DNA from: a virus
Lineage: Duplodnaviria > Caudoviricetes
DNA length: 28,037 bases
Strand: one strand, 5' to 3'
IMG/VR virus record: IMGVR_UViG_3300033067_000947
Coordinates: 1 to 28,037 of that record
The translations under genes and the position numbers were made by a program. Shown here in pieces: positions 6,582 to 13,822 of the stretch. Below the pieces are notes generated by a model, which was given only the letters and a program-made list of their open reading frames with translations, was not told the origin of the DNA and made no database searches. Each line of letters starts with the position of its first letter. Positions within the stretch are counted from its first letter, which is position 1.

Positions 6582-6763
6582 TGATGCTCAAGGTCGCTCT
6601 CACCATTTTTGCGCTGACTTTTTTCGGCATGTTCTTTTGCATGGGAAACGCGCCGCTGACCCGCAACTCTCGATGGGCAGATGCTGCGGGTTGGCTTGCG
6701 GGTGCGCTGACCATTGAAATGGTCGTGTTCGCCATCGGCGGGATTTGGCTGGCGATGCCATGA
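6578..6763 (+). CDS. Two-TM membrane microprotein (61 aa)
   Basis: Hydrophobic segments VALTIFALTFFGMFFC and WLAGALTIEMVVFAIGGIWLA; coupled at both ends. Confidence 0.75.
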   Translation: MMMLKVALTIFALTFFGMFFCMGNAPLTRNSRWADAAGWLAGALTIEMVVFAIGGIWLAMP

Positions 6764-7089
6764 GCGGACCCGAAGGCACCCTTCAAAAGCAGATCACGCA
6801 ATACCTAGACGCGGCCCTGCCTCGCCTGAATGCGATCTACGAGGTCAACACGCGCGGGAAGTTCTCTCGCCGTGTCGCGGGCTCAAAGAACGGCGCGCCC
6901 GATCTCTACATCGTCCACGAAGGGCTGATCTATCCGATCGAATTGAAGGCCAAGGGCGGGGTCAAGTCCGACGCGCAAACCAAGCGCCACGCTGCCTATG
7001 AGCGCGCGGGCGCCCCAGTCGAGATCTGGCGTTCCCTTTCCGATGCAGAGCAATTCGTCGCTTCGCTCGGAAGGAAGGCGGCGGCGTGA
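6760..7089 (+). CDS. VRR-NUC domain nuclease (putative Holliday junction resolvase)
   Basis: E..LQKQI, GAPDL, IELK...G..S.AQ PD-(D/E)XK motifs. Confidence 0.88.
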   Translation: MSGPEGTLQKQITQYLDAALPRLNAIYEVNTRGKFSRRVAGSKNGAPDLYIVHEGLIYPIELKAKGGVKSDAQTKRHAAYERAGAPVEIWRSLSDAEQFVASLGRKAAA

Positions 7090-7682
7090 CGAGCCTCGCG
7101 CACAAGCTCGGCATATCACGCCAAGCCAGCCAAGCCAGCATACCGATGACTGGCGACGAGCAGGGCGTTCGGCAGAAGGATGATTATTACGGGACGCCTG
7201 CTTGGGTGACCCAGTTGCTCTGCAATATCGAGCGGTTCGATGGACCTGTTTGGGAGCCTGCTTGTGGTCACGGCTTGATCGCATCCGTCCTAGCCGCCAA
7301 CGGCTATTCCGTGATCTCCACGGATCTTGTTGATCGAGGCCATGGGATAACCGGCGCCGATTTTCTGATGGAGCGTGGGCGGCTCGGTCGCAGCGTCGTC
7401 ACCAATCCACCTTTCAAGCTGGCTCGCGAGTTCGCAACGCACGCGCTCGATATTGGCTGCGAAAAAGTCGCGCTCTTGCTCAAGCTGGCTTTCATGCAAG
7501 GCGGCGATCGGACTCCCTGGCTCTTCGCCTCCGGTCTGCGCCGTGTCGTCGTCATATCGAAGCGCATCACGTTCGTTGCCGCGCCCGACCGCCCCGCGTT
7601 CACATCGAATTTCGTTGATGGCTACGGCTGGTTCATTTGGGAGCGCGGCTATGTCGGCCCGGTGGAGCTTGTTGCAGCATGA
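7086..7682 (+). CDS. SAM-dependent amino-(N6A/N4C) DNA methyltransferase
   Basis: DDYYGTP, VWEPACGHG (motif I), DFL, VVTNPPF (motif IV), WFIWERG. Confidence 0.85.
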   Translation: MTSLAHKLGISRQASQASIPMTGDEQGVRQKDDYYGTPAWVTQLLCNIERFDGPVWEPACGHGLIASVLAANGYSVISTDLVDRGHGITGADFLMERGRLGRSVVTNPPFKLAREFATHALDIGCEKVALLLKLAFMQGGDRTPWLFASGLRRVVVISKRITFVAAPDRPAFTSNFVDGYGWFIWERGYVGPVELVAA

Positions 7683-7861
7683 CCCGCATTCTCCTCTCAG
7701 ACGTAATAGCCGCGACCGTGAAGGCGAGTGGGGATTCTCACTTACCTCACAAGCTGGAAGATTTCTGTGAGAGACTCCGAATCAGCACGGCGCTGCTTAT
7801 TGCGCGTTGCGGAGAATGGTTATTTATCAGTGCTGGCCTTGATTTGGAGATGCCAGCATGA
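7679..7861 (+). CDS. Hypothetical protein (60 aa)
   Basis: ATG 7679 overlaps the MTase stop; its stop overlaps the next ATG. Confidence 0.65.
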   Translation: MTRILLSDVIAATVKASGDSHLPHKLEDFCERLRISTALLIARCGEWLFISAGLDLEMPA

Positions 7862-8016
7862 GCGGTCCTGATTTCCGCTACCACGACACATCACGCATGA
7901 CGGATCGGCTTCGCGCTCTCGAGCGCCGCACGCCTCCGACAGGCGAGCTCGTTCCCATCGGCGTCATCGCCAGCCGTCTTATCAAAGAGATTCTCGAGCG
8001 GTCGAAGCCCGAATGA
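7858..8016 (+). CDS. Microprotein (52 aa) immediately upstream of dnaB
   Basis: Hand translation MSGPDFRYHDTSRMTDRLRALERRTPPTGELVPIGVIASRLIKEILERSKPE; GGAG SD; ATGA coupling at both ends. Confidence 0.7.
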   Translation: MSGPDFRYHDTSRMTDRLRALERRTPPTGELVPIGVIASRLIKEILERSKPE

Positions 8017-9422
8017 ATCATCTCGCGCCCGTTATCGCAGAGGCCGCCGCACCCCCGCATCATCTTGAGCTCGAGCAAGCCTTGCTCGGGGCCGTGATGG
8101 TGCGCGCGGAGCATCTCGACGGGCTGCTCGATATTCCGCCCGAGGCTTTCTATGACGAGCAGCACCAAGCGATATGGGGCTCGGTCATCGGGCACCGCAA
8201 GGGTGGGCTGACCCCGCACCCGCTCATGGTCGGGCAAAGCCTGCAAGGCGTCGTGCCTGCGCCATATGTCAACTCACTGGCGATCGATTGCCCCGACACA
8301 TCGGCTCGAGCGGTCGGGCGCTACGTCGAAGGCTTGAAACGATATTACGGGCTCCGGCAATTAAAAGAGCTCGGGCAGTCCATCGACCACACAGCGGGGG
8401 AGGCCCGGCCCGACGAAAGCGTGACCGATCTCGCGAGCCTAGCCATAGAGCGTCTGAGCGAGCTCCAGGCGCGCGATACCCTGCAAGGCCCTACGGTCGC
8501 CTCCCTCGGACTCGAGGCCATTCTAGAGCGCGCACAGGACAAGACGAAGGCTCCTGTCCTTGAAGTGACATCGGGCCTCGAGGCCATGGACGCGATCACG
8601 GGCAATTTCCGTGCTGGCGAGCTCTGGATATTCGGCGGGCGCCCCGGCATGGGCAAGACCATCGTCGGGGCCAACATCGCTCGAGCGGCGGCACAAGCCG
8701 GACACGGCGCACTCTATTTCTCGCTCGAGATGAAGAAGGCGGCGCTACAGCAACGCCTCCTGTGTGATCTTGTATGGCAGCAGGGCAAGGAGCTCTGGAC
8801 GCGCTCGCTGCGCACCGGGGGTATCCCGCGCGAGCTCATGCAGCCGCTCCTCAACGCCTCGCACGAACTCGAGCAACTCCCGCTCTACATCGATGACATT
8901 CGCGGTCAGTCGCTCGCCTCCGTCACGTCCAAGGCCCGCCAGGTGAAGCGCGAGCTCCGCAGCCGTGGTCTCGACCTCTCGATCATCGTCATTGACTACA
9001 TGACGCTTCTGACGCCGGCCGATCGCTACCGCGGCAACAAGGTTCAGGAAGTCACCGAGCTCTCTCGCGGGCTGAAGATCCTTGCGGGCGAGCTCGAGAT
9101 TCCCGTAATCGCTCTTGCCCAGCTAAACCGCCAGACCGAAAGCCGGGACAACAAGGACAACCGCCCGAAGCTCTCTGACCTTCGCGAGTCCGGTTCGATT
9201 GAGCAGGACGCCGATGGCGTCGTGCTGCTGTTCCGTGAGGAATACTACGTCCAGCTCAAGCGCCCGCCGCTCCGCGGTGGCGAGGCTGAGGCGATCTGGA
9301 AAGCCCAATACGCCGAAGTCCGCGATCGTCTCGAGCTCATTGTCGCCAAGAACCGCGAAGGCGAGACGGGCACGATCGAGGCCAGGGTGATCGCGCGCTG
9401 CTCTGCCGTGAGGGACGCATGA
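8013..9422 (+). CDS. dnaB: Replicative DNA helicase, DnaB family
   Basis: EQALLGA, GRPGMGKT Walker A, FSLEM, VIDY, LKILAGEL, QLNR, RPKLSDLRESGSIEQDAD, VAKNREG. Confidence 0.97.
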   Translation: MNHLAPVIAEAAAPPHHLELEQALLGAVMVRAEHLDGLLDIPPEAFYDEQHQAIWGSVIGHRKGGLTPHPLMVGQSLQGVVPAPYVNSLAIDCPDTSARAVGRYVEGLKRYYGLRQLKELGQSIDHTAGEARPDESVTDLASLAIERLSELQARDTLQGPTVASLGLEAILERAQDKTKAPVLEVTSGLEAMDAITGNFRAGELWIFGGRPGMGKTIVGANIARAAAQAGHGALYFSLEMKKAALQQRLLCDLVWQQGKELWTRSLRTGGIPRELMQPLLNASHELEQLPLYIDDIRGQSLASVTSKARQVKRELRSRGLDLSIIVIDYMTLLTPADRYRGNKVQEVTELSRGLKILAGELEIPVIALAQLNRQTESRDNKDNRPKLSDLRESGSIEQDADGVVLLFREEYYVQLKRPPLRGGEAEAIWKAQYAEVRDRLELIVAKNREGETGTIEARVIARCSAVRDA

Positions 9423-10249
9423 CGCAGCCTTGGTTCAGATTGCAGCGTGGAACGGTCCACAATCCGAAGGCGCAGAAGCTCCCGGATCGCCTCTTCAAGG
9501 CATGGATCAACCTGCTTTGCTGCACGGATGACGATGGTTTTTTGCCTCCGATTGACGATCTCGCGTTCATTCTGAGGGCAAAAGTAGGGGCGGTGAGGGC
9601 TTCCCTCGTCGCTTTGGAGGCCGCAGGGCTACTCGTTCACGAGGGTGAAGACCTCTACCGAGCTCACGACTGGTCGGAGCATCAAAGGAAGAGTGACACG
9701 TCAAATGAACGGGTTAAGGCCCATCGGGAACGGAAGAAAGTCGTTACAGGTAACGTTACACCCGACGTTACAGGTAACGGGCATAGGAGAACAGAAGAGA
9801 AGCTAGAACGAGAACGAGAAGCCGTCGAAGCTCGTTTGCGAAGCGTTGCGGAGGCGCTGAGCCTCTCGCCTGACCCCAAGACTTGGCCGCAACCGTGGTG
9901 GGGCTTGGCAGCGAAGCTCGAGGGCTGGATCAGCGGCGGCGCGGACTTTCGAGCGCATGTGCTTGCCGCGTGCCGCGAGATGGCGAGCAAACCCGCCAAC
10001 CTCAGCAAGGGCGCCGGCTACCTCGGGGCGATCGTGACCCGGCTCCAAAGCGAGCAAACCACCATCCTGCCGAGCTCTTCGGGTGCTGATCCTCGAGCTC
10101 CTGAGACGGACGCGAAGGCGTTCGCCCGCCTCGAGGCGCATGAGCGCGGCGAATGGTTTCGCGAAGCCTGGGGGGCTCCGCCGGGTGAGTCCGGATGCCT
10201 GATTTCGGCTGAACAGCTTGCGGCATTTCGTTCTCGCCGCGCCGCGTGA
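9419..10249 (+). CDS. Phage replication initiator (N-terminal winged-HTH, O-like)
   Basis: PWFRL...NPK.QKL, HDWSEHQ..SD.S.ERV..HRERK followed by an iteron-encoded VTGNVT linker. Confidence 0.8.
   Translation: MTQPWFRLQRGTVHNPKAQKLPDRLFKAWINLLCCTDDDGFLPPIDDLAFILRAKVGAVRASLVALEAAGLLVHEGEDLYRAHDWSEHQRKSDTSNERVKAHRERKKVVTGNVTPDVTGNGHRRTEEKLEREREAVEARLRSVAEALSLSPDPKTWPQPWWGLAAKLEGWISGGADFRAHVLAACREMASKPANLSKGAGYLGAIVTRLQSEQTTILPSSSGADPRAPETDAKAFARLEAHERGEWFREAWGAPPGESGCLISAEQLAAFRSRRAA
9742..9820. other. Putative replication origin inside the initiator gene
   Basis: CGTTACAGGTAACG (inverted repeat CGTTAC-N2-GTAACG) at 9742-9755 and 9766-9779 plus an extra GTTAC, then a purine-skewed AGAA tract, as in lambdoid origins. 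Confidence 0.7.
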
Positions 10250-10273
10250 ACATCTCAGGGGGATTGGCGATAC

Positions 10274-10783
10274 ATGGCTAGGGCAGGAAGGAAGCGCAAA
10301 GGCGTCGCCCGGCACCCATGCGGGAAGATCGTCAAAGGCGACCGCACCCCGCGCGAAGATCCCGCCATGTCCGTTGTGATGCTCCAGCGGTTCAAGATCG
10401 GGGCGACGCGGGCGAATGTCCTCGATCAACGGTGGGGCAGCGAACTCGGCATCCTCTCGCTTCACGGCGAGATCAGCAACGAAGCCTATCAGGCGGGATG
10501 CGAGCTTGCCACGATAGCGGCGGCGTACAGTGCCCTCGGTGGCTTTGGCTCGTTCAATGCACAGGCTGCTGACCCCGAGCGTGTACGGGGCTACAGCGCG
10601 AACCTGGGCGATCCTGACGTATGGGCTGCGCTCAAGTTCAAGTTCGACCAGGCGCAGGCGAACATCAAGACTGTGACCTTCGGCCTTTGCGTCAATGATT
10701 GGCCGGTGGCGGCGGGGATGGTGCGGGGCGATCTGGAAACCCTCGCGCGACTGTGGCATATTGCGTTGCACAAGGCGGCTTGA
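10274..10783 (+). CDS. Putative late-gene transcription regulator (Q-equivalent position; DUF6456-like)
   Basis: AGGGGGA SD; basic N-terminus GRKRK; LGILSLHGEISNEAYQAG motif; last early gene before a promoter plus hairpin. Confidence 0.55.
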   Translation: MARAGRKRKGVARHPCGKIVKGDRTPREDPAMSVVMLQRFKIGATRANVLDQRWGSELGILSLHGEISNEAYQAGCELATIAAAYSALGGFGSFNAQAADPERVRGYSANLGDPDVWAALKFKFDQAQANIKTVTFGLCVNDWPVAAGMVRGDLETLARLWHIALHKAA

Positions 10784-10808
10784 CGCATGGCACAAGATGT
10801 AGTAGTTC
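10780..10808 (+). promoter_or_regulatory. Late promoter (pR'-like)
   Basis: TTGACG 10780-10785, 17 nt, TAGTTC 10803-10808; -35 overlaps the regulator stop codon. Confidence 0.6.
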
Positions 10809-10834
10809 CTAAATTCAGTATCCCAAATCCGCCT

Positions 10835-10870
10835 GAAGGTCGCCCGGTGAAACCCGCCCGGCGGCCTTTC
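10835..10870 (+). terminator. tR'-like hairpin downstream of the late promoter
   Basis: GAAGGTCGCC...GGCGGCCTTTC stem about 25 nt after the -10. Confidence 0.5.
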
Positions 10871-10887
10871 GTGACTCTGGGGGTGTG

Positions 10888-11133
10888 ATGGAAATCGGCA
10901 TTCTCGGTCTGGCACCTGTGCTGCTGGCAAGCGACAGAGATATTGCGCTTGAAGCGGCATATGATCTCGCCGAAGACCTGAACCTACCAACCTCCTGCGC
11001 ACAGGAGTGGGTTGCCCGTTACTGGCCCATCGACTTCGATTACCAAGCCGCCCGCCGCAAAGCTGAATGGCTCGCCCTCCCCGAATCCGCCCGAAAGAAC
11101 GGGGAAGCGGTGGCAAGGAGTAAGCCACGATGA
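10888..11133 (+). CDS. Hypothetical protein
   Basis: GGGGT SD-like; coupled to the next gene. Confidence 0.65.
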   Translation: MEIGILGLAPVLLASDRDIALEAAYDLAEDLNLPTSCAQEWVARYWPIDFDYQAARRKAEWLALPESARKNGEAVARSKPR

Positions 11134-11381
11134 TCGGCGGCGAAGATGCGGCTTTCGACTACTGGCTAAAGGGCACAGAAGCCGCGCCCGACGATGCTGC
11201 GGCGCTCTTGAAACTGGTACGCTCGATGTGGAGTTGGCAAGAGAAGGGGCGCGAGGAACGCGACCGCGCACTCAAGTGGGCGCATGGCTATATCTCGGCT
11301 CTCGATAAGCAAGCCGCCGACAAGTTCTCCCGTTACGCCAATATCAATTATGACGCGCCCGACTTTGGGCAGCGTTTCTGA
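11130..11381 (+). CDS. Hypothetical protein (83 aa, aromatic-rich)
   Basis: AAGGAG SD; ATGA coupling. Confidence 0.75.
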   Translation: MIGGEDAAFDYWLKGTEAAPDDAAALLKLVRSMWSWQEKGREERDRALKWAHGYISALDKQAADKFSRYANINYDAPDFGQRF

Positions 11382-11383
11382 AC

Positions 11384-11512
11384 TGCCCGCCGCAACAGCC
11401 TCACACATCACGCGCAAGTCGCATAAAGCCGTAGCGCGCGGGCATCCCTAATGGCCCCATCGGTTCGCCCGATCAATTCGTCCGGTTAGCTGCCGGGTAG
11501 CGGGGCAGGGCC
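11384..11512 (+). ncRNA. Candidate structured RNA/DNA element upstream of terS
   Basis: Stems TGCCCGC/GCGGGCA, ATCGG/CCGAT, CCGGT/GCCGG and GGCCC/GGGCC within a 169-nt gap. Confidence 0.3.
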
Positions 11513-11550
11513 TTTCGATCACCTGTGACTAAATTAGCACTGGATAGCCA

Positions 11551-11859
11551 ATGGCCGGCTCAAAGCCCGGCGAACGTCGCGGCGGTCGTCAAAAGGGCTC
11601 TCTGAACAAAGCAACAGCCGATGTGAAGCTCGCTGCGGCGGAGTATTCGCCAATGGCTCTCGCGACACTGGCCGACATTGCCCGCAGTGGGGAATCTGAG
11701 CAGGCGCGGGTGTCTGCCGCCAATGCCATCCTTGACCGCGCTCATGGAAAGCCCGGCCAGGCGCATGAGGTCAAAGGCGAAGTGAAGCACACCCATGAGT
11801 CCGGCGCCCTTGAAAAGCTAGCCAGTGCAATCGATCGCCTCGCGCTTCGCCAGTCTTGA
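11551..11859 (+). CDS. terS: Terminase small subunit
   Basis: GERRGGRQKGSLNKAT, RVSAANAILDRAHGKP; directly before terL. Confidence 0.85.
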   Translation: MAGSKPGERRGGRQKGSLNKATADVKLAAAEYSPMALATLADIARSGESEQARVSAANAILDRAHGKPGQAHEVKGEVKHTHESGALEKLASAIDRLALRQS

Positions 11860-13192
11860 GCCGACTGCCCGAAAGGCGGTTCTCGCATCACTGAGCGAGG
11901 ACGAGGCCCAAGAGGTTCTGACTGACTGGCGCTTCTGGGCAAGGCCGGAACAGATCGCGCCTCCTGGAATGTGGGAGGGCTGGTTGATCCTAGCCGGCCG
12001 CGGCTTCGGTAAGACGAGGGTAGGGGCTGAGTATGTAGCCGAGTACGCTCGAAAGCATCCCGGTTGTCGCATCGGCCTAATTGGTGAAACCGCTGCCGAC
12101 ACCCGCAAGGTGATGGTCGAGGGCGAATCCGGCCTCCAGCATGTGGGCCCGAAGAACAACCGGCCTGAATATCAGCCGAGCAATCGGCAACTCCTCTGGG
12201 CCAATGGCTCGCAGGCAACAACCTATAACGGCCTTGAGCCCGACCAGCTACGCGGTCCCCAGCATCATTTGCTGTGGTTCGATGAGCTGGCGAAGATGCG
12301 CTACGCCAAGGACGCATTCGACCAGGGGATGTTCGGGCTGAGACTTGGTGACGATCCCCGGTGGATCGCGACGACCACCCCCCGGCCCATTCCATTGCTA
12401 AAGGAACTGATCGCCCGCAAGGACAAGGGCGTCGTGGTGACGAAGGGTAAAACCTCCGACAACCTCGTCAACCTCGCCCCGACGTTCCGCGCCAACGTGA
12501 TCTCCCGCTATGAAGGGACACGGCTTGGCCGGCAGGAACTGGATGCCGAGATCCTTGACGATGCGCCGGGCGCGCTGTGGTCGAGGCGGGCCCTTGAGGA
12601 ATACCGGGTCAGTGAGTTTCCGGCCCTGAAGCGCGTTGTAGTGGGCGTCGATCCCGCCGTGACGAGCGGTGAGAACTCAAACGAGACAGGCATTGTGGTC
12701 GCCGGGGTCGGACCTGACGGGCATGGCTACATCCTGCAAGACGAGTCCGGCGTCTATACCCCCGATGAGATGGGGCGGCGGGTGGTCGCGGCGTATCGCC
12801 TGTTCGATGCCGACGCGGTTGTAGTCGAGGTCAACCAGGGCGGCGACCTCCTGAAGCACATCCTGCGCTCTGTGGCGGCCAATCTGCCGATCAAGCAGGT
12901 TCGGGCTACCAGAGGCAAGTACGTGCGTGCTGAGCCCGTGGCCGCGCTCTACGAGCAAGGCCGGGTGCATCATGTCGGAATGTTCGCGACGCTTGAAGAT
13001 CAGATGACGGTCTTTACGCCCGATCGACTCGACATGCTGGACAGGGGATCGAGCCCGGATCGGGTGGATGCCTTGGTGTGGGCGCTGACGGAACTGTTCC
13101 CGCTGATTACGAGCCAATCGCGGATCGATCGCAAGCCTGCGGACTTCGGCAACAAGGCCGTGGCGCAGGGCACGGGCGAGGTGGATTTCTAA
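11825..13192 (+). CDS. terL: Terminase large subunit
   Basis: AGRGFGKT Walker A, LRGPQ..LWFDE Walker B, TTTP, VGVDPA, SPDRVDALVWA nuclease motifs. Confidence 0.97.
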   Translation: MQSIASRFASLEPTARKAVLASLSEDEAQEVLTDWRFWARPEQIAPPGMWEGWLILAGRGFGKTRVGAEYVAEYARKHPGCRIGLIGETAADTRKVMVEGESGLQHVGPKNNRPEYQPSNRQLLWANGSQATTYNGLEPDQLRGPQHHLLWFDELAKMRYAKDAFDQGMFGLRLGDDPRWIATTTPRPIPLLKELIARKDKGVVVTKGKTSDNLVNLAPTFRANVISRYEGTRLGRQELDAEILDDAPGALWSRRALEEYRVSEFPALKRVVVGVDPAVTSGENSNETGIVVAGVGPDGHGYILQDESGVYTPDEMGRRVVAAYRLFDADAVVVEVNQGGDLLKHILRSVAANLPIKQVRATRGKYVRAEPVAALYEQGRVHHVGMFATLEDQMTVFTPDRLDMLDRGSSPDRVDALVWALTELFPLITSQSRIDRKPADFGNKAVAQGTGEVDF

Positions 13193-13378
13193 ATGACCCT
13201 CGAAGAAGCGAACGCCCGGATTGCAGCGATGCAAGGACCGGCAGGCCCCGACATGTCCAAACCGATCCCGGTCACGCAGGCGCATCTCGACGAGCAGCGA
13301 GGGCTCGGCGTGAAGGTCGAGCCGACGCTCGATGGCCGCTTCAAGATGGGAAGCCTGCTCGTGGAGGTCGTGAGCTGA
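13193..13378 (+). CDS. Hypothetical protein (61 aa)
   Basis: GAGG SD; abuts the terL stop. Confidence 0.7.
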   Translation: MTLEEANARIAAMQGPAGPDMSKPIPVTQAHLDEQRGLGVKVEPTLDGRFKMGSLLVEVVS

Positions 13379-13506
13379 TGGCGCATCCATTCTTCGCGCC
13401 TCCAGGGCCGCCCGTCTCTTTCATGATCTTGCTGCCCGAGAACTTCCGCTCTGCGTGGCTCAACTACCTGACAGCGCTGATCACAATGACCTGGGAGTCC
13501 ATCTGA
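13378..13506 (+). CDS. Hypothetical hydrophobic microprotein (42 aa)
   Basis: GGAGG SD, TGATG overlap; MAHPFFAPPGPPVSFMILLPENFRSAWLNYLTALITMTWESI fills the gap exactly. Confidence 0.6.
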   Translation: MAHPFFAPPGPPVSFMILLPENFRSAWLNYLTALITMTWESI

Positions 13507-13507
13507 T

Positions 13508-13822
13508 ATGGCCGCCCTATTCAGCAAGCCGAAAGCCCCAGCCGTACCTCCACCCCCGGCTGTCCCGACGCGCGACGAAACCCAAATTAGCCTTGACGCG
13601 GCAAACATCCTGCGCCGCCGCCTTGGGCGCCCGTCCAACATCCTCACGCTGCGCCGCGGCTTGGGCGGGATCTCCAAGCCCGGCAGTGGCGTTGGCGGCG
13701 GGATCGGCGGGGCCTCGGGCGGCGGCAATGCGACCAACACAACCGGCGGTTCGTCGCTGGGCGGTTTCTACACAGGCGCAGGCCCCGGCGGAAGCTTCGG
13801 TCAAGGCGCCAACATCGTCTAA
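13508..13822 (+). CDS. Small Pro/Gly-rich virion protein preceding the portal
   Basis: LFSKPKAPAVPPPP...RRRLGR...ILT and Gly-rich tail, typical of podovirus pre-portal genes. Confidence 0.75.
   Translation: MAALFSKPKAPAVPPPPAVPTRDETQISLDAANILRRRLGRPSNILTLRRGLGGISKPGSGVGGGIGGASGGGNATNTTGGSSLGGFYTGAGPGGSFGQGANIV

Noticed and set aside
6259-6763. Holin/lysis cassette
   Set aside because: Located in the early operon with no endolysin or spanin nearby
9803-11128. 441-aa minus-strand ORF
   Set aside because: Antisense to the initiator, late regulator and late promoter; Arg/Pro-rich with no motifs; typical GC-rich shadow frame
11382-11550. tRNA or self-cleaving ribozyme
   Set aside because: No cloverleaf with a T-loop in the proper position or CCA end; no hammerhead CTGANGA/GAAA core; HDV-like topology could not be built by eye
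11805-11859. Programmed frameshift fusing TerS and TerL
   Set aside because: No canonical slippery heptamer in the 35-nt overlap; an in-frame TAG at 11819 precedes the GTG; a simple overlap explains it
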